DNA from: Alphaproteobacteria bacterium
GTDB lineage: Bacteria > Pseudomonadota > Alphaproteobacteria > Bin95
Reading direction: 5' to 3'
Assembly: GCA_965205265.1 (NCBI GenBank)
Contig: CBDBGH010000003.1
Span: 2,880,001-2,944,000 of the forward strand
DNA length: 64,000 bases
In this document: piece after piece, positions 11,585 through 22,286 of the stretch
Position numbering within the stretch: position 1 is the stretch's first letter
Layout of the letters: the number at the start of each line of letters is the position of its first letter
Translations under genes and position numbers: made by a program
Notes under the pieces: generated by a model
Told to the model about the DNA's origin: nothing
The model's database searches: none
What the model saw: the letters and a program-made list of their open reading frames with translations, nothing else

Positions 11585-12712
11585 TCAGCCATCGGCCCCG
11601 AACACATCGCGCGTATGCGCGCCGAGCGTCGGCGCCCGGCTGCGGACCGGCGGCCGCTCGCCGTCCAGGCTCACCGGCAGGCCGGGCAGCGGATAGCCGG
11701 TTTCCGGCTCGGTCAGCATGGCGCCGAGCGCCGCCGTCTGCGGGTCGTCGGCCGCCTCGCTCACCTTGTTGATCGGTGCATGGGGCACGCCCGCGGCCTC
11801 CAGCGCCGCCTGCCAGACGGCCCGCGGCCGGGTCAGCAGCGCGAGCTGGATGAGCGGGATCAGCGCCGCCCGGTTGGCCGTCCGGTCCCTCACCGTGGCG
11901 AAGCGGGCGTCCCTGCCCCATTCGGGCCGGCCCAGCACCGCGCAAAGCCGCCGGTAGAGCCGGTCGTTGCCGGCCGCGACCATGACCGGGTCGGTCGCCG
12001 TCTCGAACACCTGGTAGGGCGTCAGCATCGCGTTGCCATTGCCCTGGCGCTCCGGCTCGCGCCCGGTGAACAGATAGTCGGAAAGCGGCTGATAGACCCA
12101 GCCGAGCCCGGTTTCGAAGAGCGAGACATCGACCCGGCCGCCCCTGCCGGTCCGCTCCCGCCGGCGGAGCGCGGCAAGGATGCCGATAACGGCCCACATC
12201 GCGGTGCCCGGATCGACGATCGAGACGCCGGCGCGCATGGGCGGCCCCTCCACCGGCCCGTTCATAGCCATAACGCCGGCATAGGCATGCGCCAGCGGCT
12301 CGTAGCCGGGTTTCGAGGCGAGCGGCCCCGCCCGGCCGAACGCGCCGACCTCGCAATAGACGAGGCGCGGATTGCGCGCCTTCAGCGCCGCAAAGCCGAT
12401 GCCGAGCGAGTCCGCGAGGCCGGGGCGCAGATTGTGGACGAGCACATCCGCCCGTTCGACAAGCGCGAGGAAACGCCGGAGCGCCGCTTCCTCCTTGAAG
12501 TCCACGACCGCGGAGCGCTTGTTGCGGTTGAGGATGTGGAAGGCGAGCGGATGGCGTTCGCCGTCCTTCTCGACGAACCAGAACCGGGCGTCGTCGCCGC
12601 CCGGCTTCTCGATCTTGATGACGTCGGCGCCGAGGTCGGCGAGGATCGCGCCCGCATAGGGGCCGGCAATGTTCTGGCCGATCTCGATGACGGTGAGGCC
12701 GGAAAGCGGCAT
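11585..12712 (-). CDS. Class III CoA-transferase (CaiB/BaiF family)
   Basis: IAGPYAGAILADLGADVIKIE, NRNKRS. Confidence 0.92.
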   Translation of the reverse strand: MPLSGLTVIEIGQNIAGPYAGAILADLGADVIKIEKPGGDDARFWFVEKDGERHPLAFHILNRNKRSAVVDFKEEAALRRFLALVERADVLVHNLRPGLADSLGIGFAALKARNPRLVYCEVGAFGRAGPLASKPGYEPLAHAYAGVMAMNGPVEGPPMRAGVSIVDPGTAMWAVIGILAALRRRERTGRGGRVDVSLFETGLGWVYQPLSDYLFTGREPERQGNGNAMLTPYQVFETATDPVMVAAGNDRLYRRLCAVLGRPEWGRDARFATVRDRTANRAALIPLIQLALLTRPRAVWQAALEAAGVPHAPINKVSEAADDPQTAALGAMLTEPETGYPLPGLPVSLDGERPPVRSRAPTLGAHTRDVFGADG

Positions 12713-12816
12713 GGGCGGCGGCGCTCCTGCTTGGGCCCGCCGGCGGACGGGGCGGAAAGCCTTGACCCCGGCGGCGGGTATCGATTCGATGGCGCGGAAC
12801 TTAGCAGGGGCGCTAC

Positions 12817-14070
12817 ATGGAGCCTAGAAAACTGGCCGCAAGCCTTTTCGACCAGCTCGCCGAGGCCACCCATGACGGCGTCGGCATCACGCGGGCGAGC
12901 TATGGCGAGGGCGAGGCGTTCGCGCATGGCGCGGTGGCGCGCGCGGCCCGGTCGCTCGGCCTCGAAGTCGAGACCGATCCCGCCTGCAACACCTATATGA
13001 CGCTGCCGGGGACCGACCGCGCCGCCGCGCCTGTCATCATCGGCTCGCATCTCGATTCGGTGGCCGAAGGCGGCAATTTCGACGGCGCCGCGGGCGTTGT
13101 CGCCGGGCTCGCGGCGATCGCCTCGCTGCAGCAAAGCAGGACCGCGCCCGGCCGCGATATCCGCGTCATGGGCATCCGCGCCGAGGAGAGCGCCTGGTTC
13201 GGCACCTCCTATATCGGCAGCCGCGCGGCGCTCGGCGCCCTGCCGCCGGGCGCGGTGGAGACCGCGCGGCGGGCCGACACCGGACGCACGCTCGCCGAGC
13301 ACATGCGGGAAGCCGGCGGCGACCCGGAGGCGCTCGACCCGCCCTTCCTCGAGGCCGCCCGCCTGCATGCCTTCCTGGAGGTGCATATCGAGCAGGGGCC
13401 GGTGCTGGTCGAGCAGGGCCTGCCGGTCGGCGTCGTCACCGGCATACGCGGCAACCGCCGCCTGCCGGCCGCGCGCTGCCTCGGCGCCTACAGCCATTGC
13501 GGCGGCATGCCGAGGCGCTCGCGCCAGGATGCCGTAATGGCCGTCACGGACCTGATCGCCCGGCTCGACGGGCTCTGGGACGAGCGCGAGGCGGGCGGCG
13601 AGGACTTCGCCTTCACCGTCGGCAAGCTCTCCACCGACCCGGAGCGCCACGCCATGACCATCGTGCCGGGCGAATGCCGCTTCTCGCTGGACATGCGCTC
13701 GCTCGACGGCGCGTTCCTCGACGGCCTGGAAGGCTGGGTTGCAGAAGCGGCGCGGGAGATCGAAGCCCGCCGGGGCGTCACTTTCGAACTGGGCACGACC
13801 ACGCGCGCCGCCCCCGGCGTACTGGACGAGTCCATCCGCGCCGGGCTGCTGGATTGCGCGCGGAGACTGGACATTCCGCACAACGAGATGGCGAGCGGGG
13901 CCAGCCACGACTCCGCCGCCTTCGCCGCCGCCGGGGTGCCGACCGCCATGCTGTTCGTGCGCAACCCGAACGGCAGCCACAATCCCGACGAGGCGATGGA
14001 GCTCGACGACTTCATGGCCGCCGTGAACATACTGACCCGCTGGCTCGCCACCGAAGGAACGCGCGCATGA
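12817..14070 (+). CDS. Zn-dependent amidohydrolase, M20 family (N-carbamoyl-L-amino acid / allantoate hydrolase-like)
   Basis: GSHLDSV, GGNFDG, AEE, EVHIEQGP, SGASHDS, SHNPDE. Confidence 0.9.
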   Translation: MEPRKLAASLFDQLAEATHDGVGITRASYGEGEAFAHGAVARAARSLGLEVETDPACNTYMTLPGTDRAAAPVIIGSHLDSVAEGGNFDGAAGVVAGLAAIASLQQSRTAPGRDIRVMGIRAEESAWFGTSYIGSRAALGALPPGAVETARRADTGRTLAEHMREAGGDPEALDPPFLEAARLHAFLEVHIEQGPVLVEQGLPVGVVTGIRGNRRLPAARCLGAYSHCGGMPRRSRQDAVMAVTDLIARLDGLWDEREAGGEDFAFTVGKLSTDPERHAMTIVPGECRFSLDMRSLDGAFLDGLEGWVAEAAREIEARRGVTFELGTTTRAAPGVLDESIRAGLLDCARRLDIPHNEMASGASHDSAAFAAAGVPTAMLFVRNPNGSHNPDEAMELDDFMAAVNILTRWLATEGTRA

Positions 14071-15020
14071 CCCGCATCGCCATTCTCGACGACTACCAGG
14101 GCATCGCCATGCAGATGGCCGACTGGGACAGCCTGCCGGACGGCTGCCGGGTCGAGGTCTTCCACGACCATGCGGCCGATGTCGCGGTGGTGGCCGACCG
14201 GCTCAGGGACTTCGAGGTCGTGTGCATCATGCGCGAGCGCACACCCTTCCGGCGCGACCTCATCTCCCGCCTGCCGAAGCTCAAGCTGCTGGTGACGACG
14301 GGCATGCGCAACGCCGCGGTCGATGTGGCGGCGGCGCAGGAGCAGGGCGTCACTGTCTGCGGCACCGCCGGCAGCGCGCACACCACGCCCGAGCTCACCT
14401 GGGGTCTGATCCTGGCGCTGCAGCGGCATATCCCGGCCGAGGACCGGGCGATGAAGGCGGGCGCCTGGCAGACGACCGTCGGGCGCGGGCTCGCGGGCTC
14501 CACGCTCGGCCTGCTGGGTCTCGGGCGGCTGGGTTCCGAGGTCGCGCAGGTCGGCCGGGCGTTCCGGATGAACCTGATCGCCTGGAGCGAGAACCTGACG
14601 GCGGAACGCGCGGCCGAGCACGGCGCGGCGCGCGTCGACAAGGACGAGCTCTTCCGGCAGTCGGACGTGCTGTCGATCCACACGCTGCTGAGCCAGCGCA
14701 CGCGGGGGCTGGTCGGCGCGCGCGAGCTCGCCCTGATGAAGCCCTCGGCCGTGCTGGTGAACACCTCGCGCGGCCCCATCGTGGACGAAGCGGCGCTGGT
14801 GGACGCGCTCCGCAACCGCACCATCGCGGGCGCCGGCCTCGATGTGTACGACACCGAGCCGCTGCCGCGCGGCCACCCGCTGAGCAGCCTCGACAACGCC
14901 GTGCTGACGCCGCATCTGGGCTATGTGACCTGGGACACCTTCGCAGTCATGTATCCGCAGACGCTCGAATGCGTGCAGGCCTGGCTCGCCGGCAACCCGG
15001 TGCGCATCATCTCCGGCTGA
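14067..15020 (+). CDS. D-2-hydroxyacid dehydrogenase family protein
   Basis: GLGRLG, NTSRGPIVDE, DVYDTEP, TPHLGY; ATGA overlap with the upstream gene. Confidence 0.92.
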   Translation: MTRIAILDDYQGIAMQMADWDSLPDGCRVEVFHDHAADVAVVADRLRDFEVVCIMRERTPFRRDLISRLPKLKLLVTTGMRNAAVDVAAAQEQGVTVCGTAGSAHTTPELTWGLILALQRHIPAEDRAMKAGAWQTTVGRGLAGSTLGLLGLGRLGSEVAQVGRAFRMNLIAWSENLTAERAAEHGAARVDKDELFRQSDVLSIHTLLSQRTRGLVGARELALMKPSAVLVNTSRGPIVDEAALVDALRNRTIAGAGLDVYDTEPLPRGHPLSSLDNAVLTPHLGYVTWDTFAVMYPQTLECVQAWLAGNPVRIISG

Positions 15021-15189
15021 GGGCGGCTTCGCCTCCGGGACGCCGTGGGTTGCAATCCCGGCTGCCGTGCTATGGTGCCGTCCCCGGCATGACAGCCGAA
15101 GCGCTATTGCAGCGATGACCGGCCGGCGGTCCGGCGCGGTCTCGCAGCGTTCAGGCGTTCATGTCCGGTCTCGAACCGGGAGGACAGTA

Positions 15190-16836
15190 ATGAGATCGAA
15201 AATGCGACTTTCACTTCGCAACCTGGCGGTCGGAGCGGCGGCAGCCATATTGCTCGCCGGCACCGTCTCGGCCCCGGCGCGAGCTGGAGGCACGCTGCGG
15301 GTCGGCATGACCGCTGCGGACATTCCCCTCTCCTGGGGCCAGCCCGACCAGGGCTTCGAGGGCTTCCGCTTCATGGGGCTGATGCTCTATGACGGGCTCA
15401 TCAACTGGGACATGAGTTCCGCCGACAAGGCATCCGGCCTCATTCCGGGGCTCGCGGAAAGCTGGGAGGTGAACGAGGCCGACAAGACCAAGTGGACCTT
15501 CAAGCTGCGCAAGGGCGTGAAGTTCCATGACGGCTCGGACTTCGACGCCGACGCGGTGCTCTGGAATTTCGACCGGCTGTTCGACAAGGACTCGCCGCAA
15601 TACAGCGCGCGGATGGCGTCGCTGGTGAACTTCCGCATCCCGTCCCTCGTCTATGATGCTGACACCAACGCGAAGGGCTGGAAGAAGATCGACTCGCACA
15701 CGGTCGAGTTCACCACCAAGTCGCCGGACAGCTTCTTCCCCTACCAGATCTGTTACATCCTGATATCGAGCCCGGCGCAGTTCGAGGCCACCGGCAGCGA
15801 CTGGAACAAGTTCGCCCAGAACCCGTCCGGCACGGGCCCGTGGAAGCTGACCCAGATCGTGCCGCGCGAGCGCGCCGAGTTCGTGCCCTTCGAGGAGCAC
15901 TGGGACGAGACGCGCCAGCCGAAGCTGGACAAAGTGGTCACGATCCCGATCCCGGACCCGAACGCGCGCACCGCCGCGCTGCTTTCGGGACAGGTGGACT
16001 GGATCGAGGCGCCGGCGCCGGATGCGATCCCGAGGCTGGAAGAACGCGGCATGGTGATCTCCTCCAACCTCTACCCGCATGTGTGGTCCTGGCATCTGAG
16101 CCGCGTCGAAGGCTCGCCCTGGAACGACATCCGGGTGCGCAAGGCGGCCAACCTCGCCATCGACCGCGACGGCATCGTCTCGCTGCTCGGCGGCTACGCC
16201 GTGAAGGCGAGCGGGCATGTGTCGCCGGCCGATCCCTGGTACGGCTCGCCCAGCTTCAAGCTCGAATACAACCCGGATGCGGCGAAGGCCCTGCTGGCGG
16301 AAGCCGGCTTCGGGCCCGACAATCCGGTCAAGGTGAAGATGATGATTTCGGCCAGCGGCTCCGGGCAAATGCTGCCCCTGCCGATGAACGAATACATGCA
16401 GCAGAACCTTGCGGAGGTCGGCATCGAGGTCGAGTTCGAGGTCATGGAGTGGCAGAGCCTGCTGGACCGCTGGCGCGCGGGCGCCAAGGCCGAGCAGGCC
16501 CAGGGCGCCAATGGCATCAATGTCAGCTACACCACGCAGGACCCCTATAGCAGCTTCACGCGCTTCCTGCGCTGCGACCTGCATGCGCCGGCCGGCGTGA
16601 ACTGGGGCTACCACTGCGACGCGGAGATGGACGAGCTGCTGAAGAACGCCTCGCTCGCCTTCGACCCCGCGGAACGCGACGGCTGGCTCGCCAAGGTGCA
16701 CACGCGCGAGGTGGACAACGCGCTCTTCCTCTGGGTGGTCCATGACGTGGCGCCGCGGGCGATGACGAAGCAGGTCAAGGGCTTCATCCAGGCCCGCAAC
16801 TGGTTCCAGTCGCTCACCCCGGTCACCATGGAATAG
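15190..16836 (+). CDS. ABC transporter substrate-binding protein (peptide/nickel family 5)
   Basis: Signal peptide; LAESWEV, LRKGVKFHDG, GTGPW. Confidence 0.92.
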   Translation: MRSKMRLSLRNLAVGAAAAILLAGTVSAPARAGGTLRVGMTAADIPLSWGQPDQGFEGFRFMGLMLYDGLINWDMSSADKASGLIPGLAESWEVNEADKTKWTFKLRKGVKFHDGSDFDADAVLWNFDRLFDKDSPQYSARMASLVNFRIPSLVYDADTNAKGWKKIDSHTVEFTTKSPDSFFPYQICYILISSPAQFEATGSDWNKFAQNPSGTGPWKLTQIVPRERAEFVPFEEHWDETRQPKLDKVVTIPIPDPNARTAALLSGQVDWIEAPAPDAIPRLEERGMVISSNLYPHVWSWHLSRVEGSPWNDIRVRKAANLAIDRDGIVSLLGGYAVKASGHVSPADPWYGSPSFKLEYNPDAAKALLAEAGFGPDNPVKVKMMISASGSGQMLPLPMNEYMQQNLAEVGIEVEFEVMEWQSLLDRWRAGAKAEQAQGANGINVSYTTQDPYSSFTRFLRCDLHAPAGVNWGYHCDAEMDELLKNASLAFDPAERDGWLAKVHTREVDNALFLWVVHDVAPRAMTKQVKGFIQARNWFQSLTPVTME

Positions 16837-16850
16837 GCCGGACCCGCGCG

Positions 16851-16884
16851 CGGAGCGGGCGGCCCGGAACGGCCGCCCGCTCCG
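16851..16884 (+). terminator. Intercistronic hairpin after the substrate-binding gene (mRNA stabiliser or partial terminator)
   Basis: Perfect 14-bp stem CGGAGCGGGCGGCC / GGCCGCCCGCTCCG with a 6-nt loop. Confidence 0.6.
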
Positions 16885-16900
16885 GCGCCTGCCCGACCCC

Positions 16901-17854
16901 ATGCTCGAATACATCATCCGCCGCGTCCTCTACGTCATCCCGATCGGGCTCGGGGTGACGGTGCTCGTCTTCGCCCTGGTGCACATGTCGCCGGGCGATC
17001 CGCTGAGCGCCGTCGTGCCGCCGGACGCGCCGGAAGAGATGGTGCAGGACCTGCGCAAGGCCTACGGCTTCGACAAGCCGCTGCCGATCCAGTACGTGAC
17101 CTGGCTCGGACGGGTGGTGACGGGCGATCTCGGGGTCTCGGTCGCGCGCGGCCGCGAGGTCGTGGACGAGCTTCGCATCGCGGTGCCCAACACCTTCATC
17201 CTGGCGGCGGGGGGAACGCTGCTCGGATTCACCCTGGGCGCGATATTCGGCGGCATCGCCGGCTATTTCCAGGGACGCTGGATCGACAAGCTCGCCACCG
17301 CTATCGCCATCACGGGCGTCAGCGTGCCCCACTACTGGCTGGGCCTCGTCCTGGTCATCATCTTCTCGGTCGAGATGAACGTGCTGCCGTCCATCGGCAT
17401 GGGGCCGGGAGGTTCCACCGCCTGGGCCTGGGACGCTGAGCATATGCGCCACCTGGTGCTGCCCGTCGTCACGCTCGCCGTCATCCCGATGGGCCTGATT
17501 ACCCGGACGGTGCGCGCCACCGTCGCCGAAATCCTCAACCAGGAGTTCGTTCAGGCGCTGCACGCCAAGGGCCTGTTCCAGCGCCAGGTGCTCATGCATG
17601 TGGTGCGCAACGCCGCGCCGACGACGCTGGCGGTGATGGGCCTCCAGCTCGGCTACCTGCTCGGCGGCTCCATCCTGGTCGAGACCGTCTTCCAGTGGCC
17701 CGGAACCGGCTCGCTCCTCAACAGCGCGATCTTCGAGCGCGACCTGCCGCTGCTGCAGGGCACCATTCTCGTGCTGGCCATGTTCTTCGTTCTGCTGAAC
17801 CTGCTGGTGGACATCCTGCAATCGGCCATCGACCCCCGGATGTCGCGCCAATGA
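16901..17854 (+). CDS. ABC transporter permease (DppB-like)
   Basis: PGDPL, GDLGVS, VETVFQWPG, DPR C-terminus. Confidence 0.92.
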   Translation: MLEYIIRRVLYVIPIGLGVTVLVFALVHMSPGDPLSAVVPPDAPEEMVQDLRKAYGFDKPLPIQYVTWLGRVVTGDLGVSVARGREVVDELRIAVPNTFILAAGGTLLGFTLGAIFGGIAGYFQGRWIDKLATAIAITGVSVPHYWLGLVLVIIFSVEMNVLPSIGMGPGGSTAWAWDAEHMRHLVLPVVTLAVIPMGLITRTVRATVAEILNQEFVQALHAKGLFQRQVLMHVVRNAAPTTLAVMGLQLGYLLGGSILVETVFQWPGTGSLLNSAIFERDLPLLQGTILVLAMFFVLLNLLVDILQSAIDPRMSRQ

Positions 17855-18759
17855 CGAACGCCCGGGCCCTCGACCGCAAGCAGCAGGCGGCCGTCGATGC
17901 AGCCCAGGTGGCGGTGCAGTCGCGCGGCTACTGGGCCACGGTGGGAGGGCGCATCCGCGACGACAAGGTGACGATGGTCTGCGGATTCGTCGTGCTGCTC
18001 ATCATCTTCTCCGCGGTGTTCGCGGACCTGATCGCGCTCGCCGACCCCTACAAGGCGAGCATGCTCAAGCGCCTCGCCGAGATCGGCGCGCCCGGATACC
18101 CGCTGGGCGCGGACGAGATGGGCCGGGACATGATGACCCGCCTGCTCTACGGCGGGCGGCTCTCGCTGTTCATGGGCATCAGCCCCATCGTCATCGCGCT
18201 CGCCATCGGCGGCACGCTCGGCCTCGTCGCGGGCTTCCTCGGAGGCCGGGTGAACATGCTCATCATGCGCCTGATGGACGTGTTCTACGCCTTCCCCTCC
18301 GTGCTGCTGGCGGTCGCGATCTCGGGCGCGCTCGGCGCCGGCATCGGCAATGCCATCGTGTCGCTGACGCTCGTGTTCATCCCGCCCATCACGCGCGTGA
18401 CGGAGAGCGTCACCACCCAGGTCCGCTCGCTGGACTATGTGGAGGCGGCGCGCGCCAGCGGCGCCGGCAGCCTCACCATCATCCGGGTGCATGTGCTGAG
18501 CAATGTGCTGGGCCCGGTGTTCATCTATGCGACAAGCCTCATCAGCGTCAGCATCATCCTCGCCTCGGGGCTCAGCTTCCTCGGCCTCGGCACCGAGCCG
18601 CCGGAGCCGGAATGGGGCCTCATGCTCAACACGCTCAGGCAGTCGATCTACGTCAATCCCTGGGTCGCGGCCCTGCCCGGCGTGATGATCTTCTTCACCT
18701 CGCTGTCCTTCAACCTGCTTAGCGACGGGCTCCGCAGCGCCATGGACGTAAGGCTGTGA
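17851..18759 (+). CDS. ABC transporter permease (DppC-like)
   Basis: LGADEMGRD, YVEAARASGA (EAA motif), LSFLGLG. Confidence 0.92.
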   Translation: MTNARALDRKQQAAVDAAQVAVQSRGYWATVGGRIRDDKVTMVCGFVVLLIIFSAVFADLIALADPYKASMLKRLAEIGAPGYPLGADEMGRDMMTRLLYGGRLSLFMGISPIVIALAIGGTLGLVAGFLGGRVNMLIMRLMDVFYAFPSVLLAVAISGALGAGIGNAIVSLTLVFIPPITRVTESVTTQVRSLDYVEAARASGAGSLTIIRVHVLSNVLGPVFIYATSLISVSIILASGLSFLGLGTEPPEPEWGLMLNTLRQSIYVNPWVAALPGVMIFFTSLSFNLLSDGLRSAMDVRL

Positions 18760-19796
18760 CGCAGGTTCCGGATGCGAATGGCGGCGCGCTGCTGGAGGTC
18801 CGGGAGCTGCGCAAATATTTCCCCGTCCGGGGCGGCATCCTCAACCGCGCCATCGGCTGGGTGCAGGCGGTGGACGATATCGGTTTCGACGTGCTGCCCG
18901 GCGAAGTGCTCGGCATCGTCGGCGAGTCGGGCTGCGGCAAGTCCACGACGGCCCGCCTGCTCATGCATCTCATCCGCGCCGATGCGGGCCGGATCGTCTT
19001 CGACGGCGAGCCCGTCCGTCCCGACGACGCGGCCGGGCTGCGCGAACTGCGCCGCCGGATGCAGATGGTGTTCCAGGACTCCTATTCCTCGCTCAACCCC
19101 CGGCTGCCGATCGAGGACACGATCATGTTCGGGCCGAAGGTCCACGGCGTGTCCGCCGGGGAGGCCCGCGAGCGGGCGCGCGAACTGTTCGCGCTGGTGG
19201 GGCTCGATCCGGCGCAGTTCATCCGCCGCTATCCGCACGAGCTGTCGGGCGGCCAGCGCCAGCGGGTCAATATCGCCCGCGCGCTTGCGCTCGAACCCCG
19301 GCTGCTCATCCTCGACGAGGCGGTCTCTGCGCTCGACAAGTCGGTGGAGGCGCAGGTGCTGAACCTGCTGCTGACGCTCCGGCGCGAGCTCGGCCTCACC
19401 TATATCTTCATCTCGCACGACCTCAATGTCGTGCAGTACATGAGCGACCGGGTGCTGGTGATGTATCTCGGCAAGGTGGTGGAGATCGGCCCGACGGCCG
19501 ATATCTACGACCGCATGCAGCACCCCTATACGGAGGCGCTGCTCTCCGCCATGCCGTCGATGGACCCCGACCGGCGGACGGAGACGCCGCCGCTGGTCGG
19601 CGACCCGCCCAACCCCATCGACCCGCCGCCTGGATGCCGCTTCCATACGCGCTGCCGCTTCGCCGAGGATGTCTGCAGCCGCGCCGAACCCCGGCTCGGG
19701 CCGGCGGCCGGAAAGGACGCGGCGGGCGGTGCCGGCCATCTCGTCGCCTGCCACATGCGCAGCGCCGGCTCCGGCCACAGTCAGGCGCCGGCCTGA
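18756..19796 (+). CDS. ABC transporter ATP-binding protein (DppF-like)
   Basis: GESGCGKST, LSGGQRQR, GCRFHTRC. Confidence 0.93.
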   Translation: MTQVPDANGGALLEVRELRKYFPVRGGILNRAIGWVQAVDDIGFDVLPGEVLGIVGESGCGKSTTARLLMHLIRADAGRIVFDGEPVRPDDAAGLRELRRRMQMVFQDSYSSLNPRLPIEDTIMFGPKVHGVSAGEARERARELFALVGLDPAQFIRRYPHELSGGQRQRVNIARALALEPRLLILDEAVSALDKSVEAQVLNLLLTLRRELGLTYIFISHDLNVVQYMSDRVLVMYLGKVVEIGPTADIYDRMQHPYTEALLSAMPSMDPDRRTETPPLVGDPPNPIDPPPGCRFHTRCRFAEDVCSRAEPRLGPAAGKDAAGGAGHLVACHMRSAGSGHSQAPA

Positions 19797-19798
19797 GC

Positions 19799-20773
19799 AT
19801 GGCGGCTCCGGCAACGGCCCCGGTCCTCCGCGCGGAGGATGTCACGGTCCGCTTCACCGGGCGGGACGCCACGGTGAATGCGGTGAACGGCGTCTCCTTC
19901 ACGCTCGACCCCGGCGAGGTGCTCTGCATTCTCGGCGAGTCCGGTTCCGGCAAGAGCGTCACCTTGCGCGCCCTGATGCGCCTGCTTCCACCCCGCCGGA
20001 CCGCGCTTTCGGGCCGGATCGAGCTTGCGGGACAGGATGTGATGGCGATGAGCCACCGCGCGCTCGCAGACCTGCGCGGCACGGAGGTCGGCATGATCTT
20101 CCAGGAGCCGATGGTGGCCTTCGACCCCGTTTATACCGTCGGCAGGCAGATCACCGAGACGATCGTCCGCCATGAGGGGGCGAGCCGCGAGGAGGCCCGG
20201 CGGCGCGCGATCGACCTACTGGACCGGGTGCGCATCCCCTCGCCCGAGCGGCGGCTGCGCGCCTATCCGCACGAGCTGTCCGGCGGCATGCGCCAGCGGG
20301 CGATGATCGCGCTCGCGCTCTGCTGCAATCCGAGCCTGCTGCTGGCCGACGAGCCGACCACCGCGCTCGACGCGACGGTGCAGATCCAGATCCTGCTGCT
20401 GCTCCGGGAATTGCAGCGCGAACTCGGCATGGCCGTCATCTTCGTCACCCACGATGTGGGCGTGGCGGTCGAGATCGCGGACCGGATCGCGGTGATGTAC
20501 GGCGGGAAGTTCATGGAGACGGGGCCGGTGCGCGAGATCATGGGCAATCCCCGCCACCCCTATACGCAGGGGCTGCTCTCCTCGACCGTCCACGGCTCGC
20601 TGCGCGGCCAGACGCTGGAGGCCATTCCGGGCTCGCCGCCGGACATGACGCGGCTGCCGCCCGGCTGCGCCTTCGCGCCCCGCTGCCGCTTCGCCGAGCC
20701 CGCCTGCGAGACCCCGCCGCCGGCGACCCAGCTCTCTCCCCAGCACATGGTCCGCTGCATCCGCGCGGCGTAA
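19799..20773 (+). CDS. ABC transporter ATP-binding protein (DppD-like)
   Basis: [24 protein letters not shown]. Confidence 0.93.
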   Translation: MAAPATAPVLRAEDVTVRFTGRDATVNAVNGVSFTLDPGEVLCILGESGSGKSVTLRALMRLLPPRRTALSGRIELAGQDVMAMSHRALADLRGTEVGMIFQEPMVAFDPVYTVGRQITETIVRHEGASREEARRRAIDLLDRVRIPSPERRLRAYPHELSGGMRQRAMIALALCCNPSLLLADEPTTALDATVQIQILLLLRELQRELGMAVIFVTHDVGVAVEIADRIAVMYGGKFMETGPVREIMGNPRHPYTQGLLSSTVHGSLRGQTLEAIPGSPPDMTRLPPGCAFAPRCRFAEPACETPPPATQLSPQHMVRCIRAA

Positions 20774-20789
20774 GCCCGCGGCCCGCCCC

Positions 20790-22217
20790 TCAACCCGCGT
20801 GTATCGGCGGGCGGCGGTGGGCCCAGGGGGCGGCCTCTTCCAGCGCCGAGGCGATGCGGAACAGCGCCGCCTCGCCGCCGTAAGGAGCGACGAACTGGAC
20901 GCCGATGGGCAGGCCGTCCCGGTTCCAGTGCAGCGGAACGGAGGCGGCCGGATTGCCGGATGCGTTGAACACCGAGGTGAAGGCGATGGTGCGCATGACG
21001 TCCCGCCATTGCGCCCCGGCGTCTTCGCGCGAGGGCGAGAGCAGCCCGAGCGGCATGGGAGGGACGGGCATGGTCGGCGTGACGAGCAGGTCGAAATCGA
21101 GGAAGAAGCGCGCCACGAGGCGGCCCAGCGCATGGATGCCGTTCAGCGCGCGCACATAGTCGGCCCCCGTGCTACGGTCGCGCCGCGCCATGGCGAGGTT
21201 GTTCTTCTCCACATCCTCTTCGGTCGCCGGGCGGCCGAGAACCTGCTCGACCAGCTCCACCGTCTCGCGCGCATTGGCGTAGATGATCTGCATGTCGGCA
21301 TCGAGCAGCTCGCGGGGAATGGGAAGGCTCGCCTCCTCCACCTCGAGGCCGAGGCCCCGGCAGAGTTCCGCCGCTCTATCGACGGCCTCCAGGCAGTCGG
21401 GATGCGTCTCGACGCCGAACCAGGCCTCGCGAAGGATGGCGGCCTTCATGCCGGCCACCTCCCTGCCCAGCTCCTCCGCGAACGGCCGCTCCGGCGGCTC
21501 GGCCCAGTAGGGCGCGCCGACATCGGGTCCTGCGGTGCAATCCAGAAGCAGGGCGCTGTCCCGCACGCTCCTCGAAATCGCATGCACGGTTGCAAGACCG
21601 GACCAGCCCTCGCCGACAAGCGGTCCCATGGGATTGCGCCCGCGCGTCGGCTTCAGCCCGAACAGCCCGGTGCAGGAGGCCGGCACGCGGATCGAGCCGC
21701 CGCCGTCGGAGGCGTTCGCCATCGGGAGGACGCCCGCCGCCACCATGCTGGAGGCGCCGCCCGACGAGCCGCCGGAGGTGAGCTCCGGGTTCCAGGGGTT
21801 GCGCGTCTGGCCGTGAAGCGCGGACTCCGTGGTCGTGGAGAGCCCGAATTCCGGCGAGGCCGTCCGCCCGAAAATGCTGAGGCCGGCCGCCTTGTAGCGG
21901 CTGACCATCTCGCCGTCCTGGCCGGCGACGGTTCCCGCGAGCGCGCGGCAGCCATTGCTCTGCTTCTGCCCCCCATAGTCCTGGTAAAGGTCCTTCAGGA
22001 GGAACGGGACGCCGTGAAACGGCCCTTGGGGCAGACCCTCGCGGACGCGCTGCCTCGCATGGTCGTACCAGGGATAGACGAGCGCGTTGAGCCGGGGATT
22101 GACGCGCTCCGCCCGCTCGACCGCCTCCTCCAGAACCTCCAGGGCGGAAAGCTCTCCCCGCCCGACCAGACGGGCGAGTTCGGTCGCATCGAGATCGGCA
22201 TAACCCTGAATCGCCAT
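20790..22217 (-). CDS. Amidase signature family protein
   Basis: GGSSGG, SDGGGSIRVPAS, GLKPTRGR. Confidence 0.93.
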   Translation of the reverse strand: MAIQGYADLDATELARLVGRGELSALEVLEEAVERAERVNPRLNALVYPWYDHARQRVREGLPQGPFHGVPFLLKDLYQDYGGQKQSNGCRALAGTVAGQDGEMVSRYKAAGLSIFGRTASPEFGLSTTTESALHGQTRNPWNPELTSGGSSGGASSMVAAGVLPMANASDGGGSIRVPASCTGLFGLKPTRGRNPMGPLVGEGWSGLATVHAISRSVRDSALLLDCTAGPDVGAPYWAEPPERPFAEELGREVAGMKAAILREAWFGVETHPDCLEAVDRAAELCRGLGLEVEEASLPIPRELLDADMQIIYANARETVELVEQVLGRPATEEDVEKNNLAMARRDRSTGADYVRALNGIHALGRLVARFFLDFDLLVTPTMPVPPMPLGLLSPSREDAGAQWRDVMRTIAFTSVFNASGNPAASVPLHWNRDGLPIGVQFVAPYGGEAALFRIASALEEAAPWAHRRPPIHAG

Positions 22218-22286
22218 CGAAACCTCCCGCGAAAGTCGGCGAGGACCGCACTATAGTGCTGTCGCCGTCGAAGGGAGGCAGGTCTT

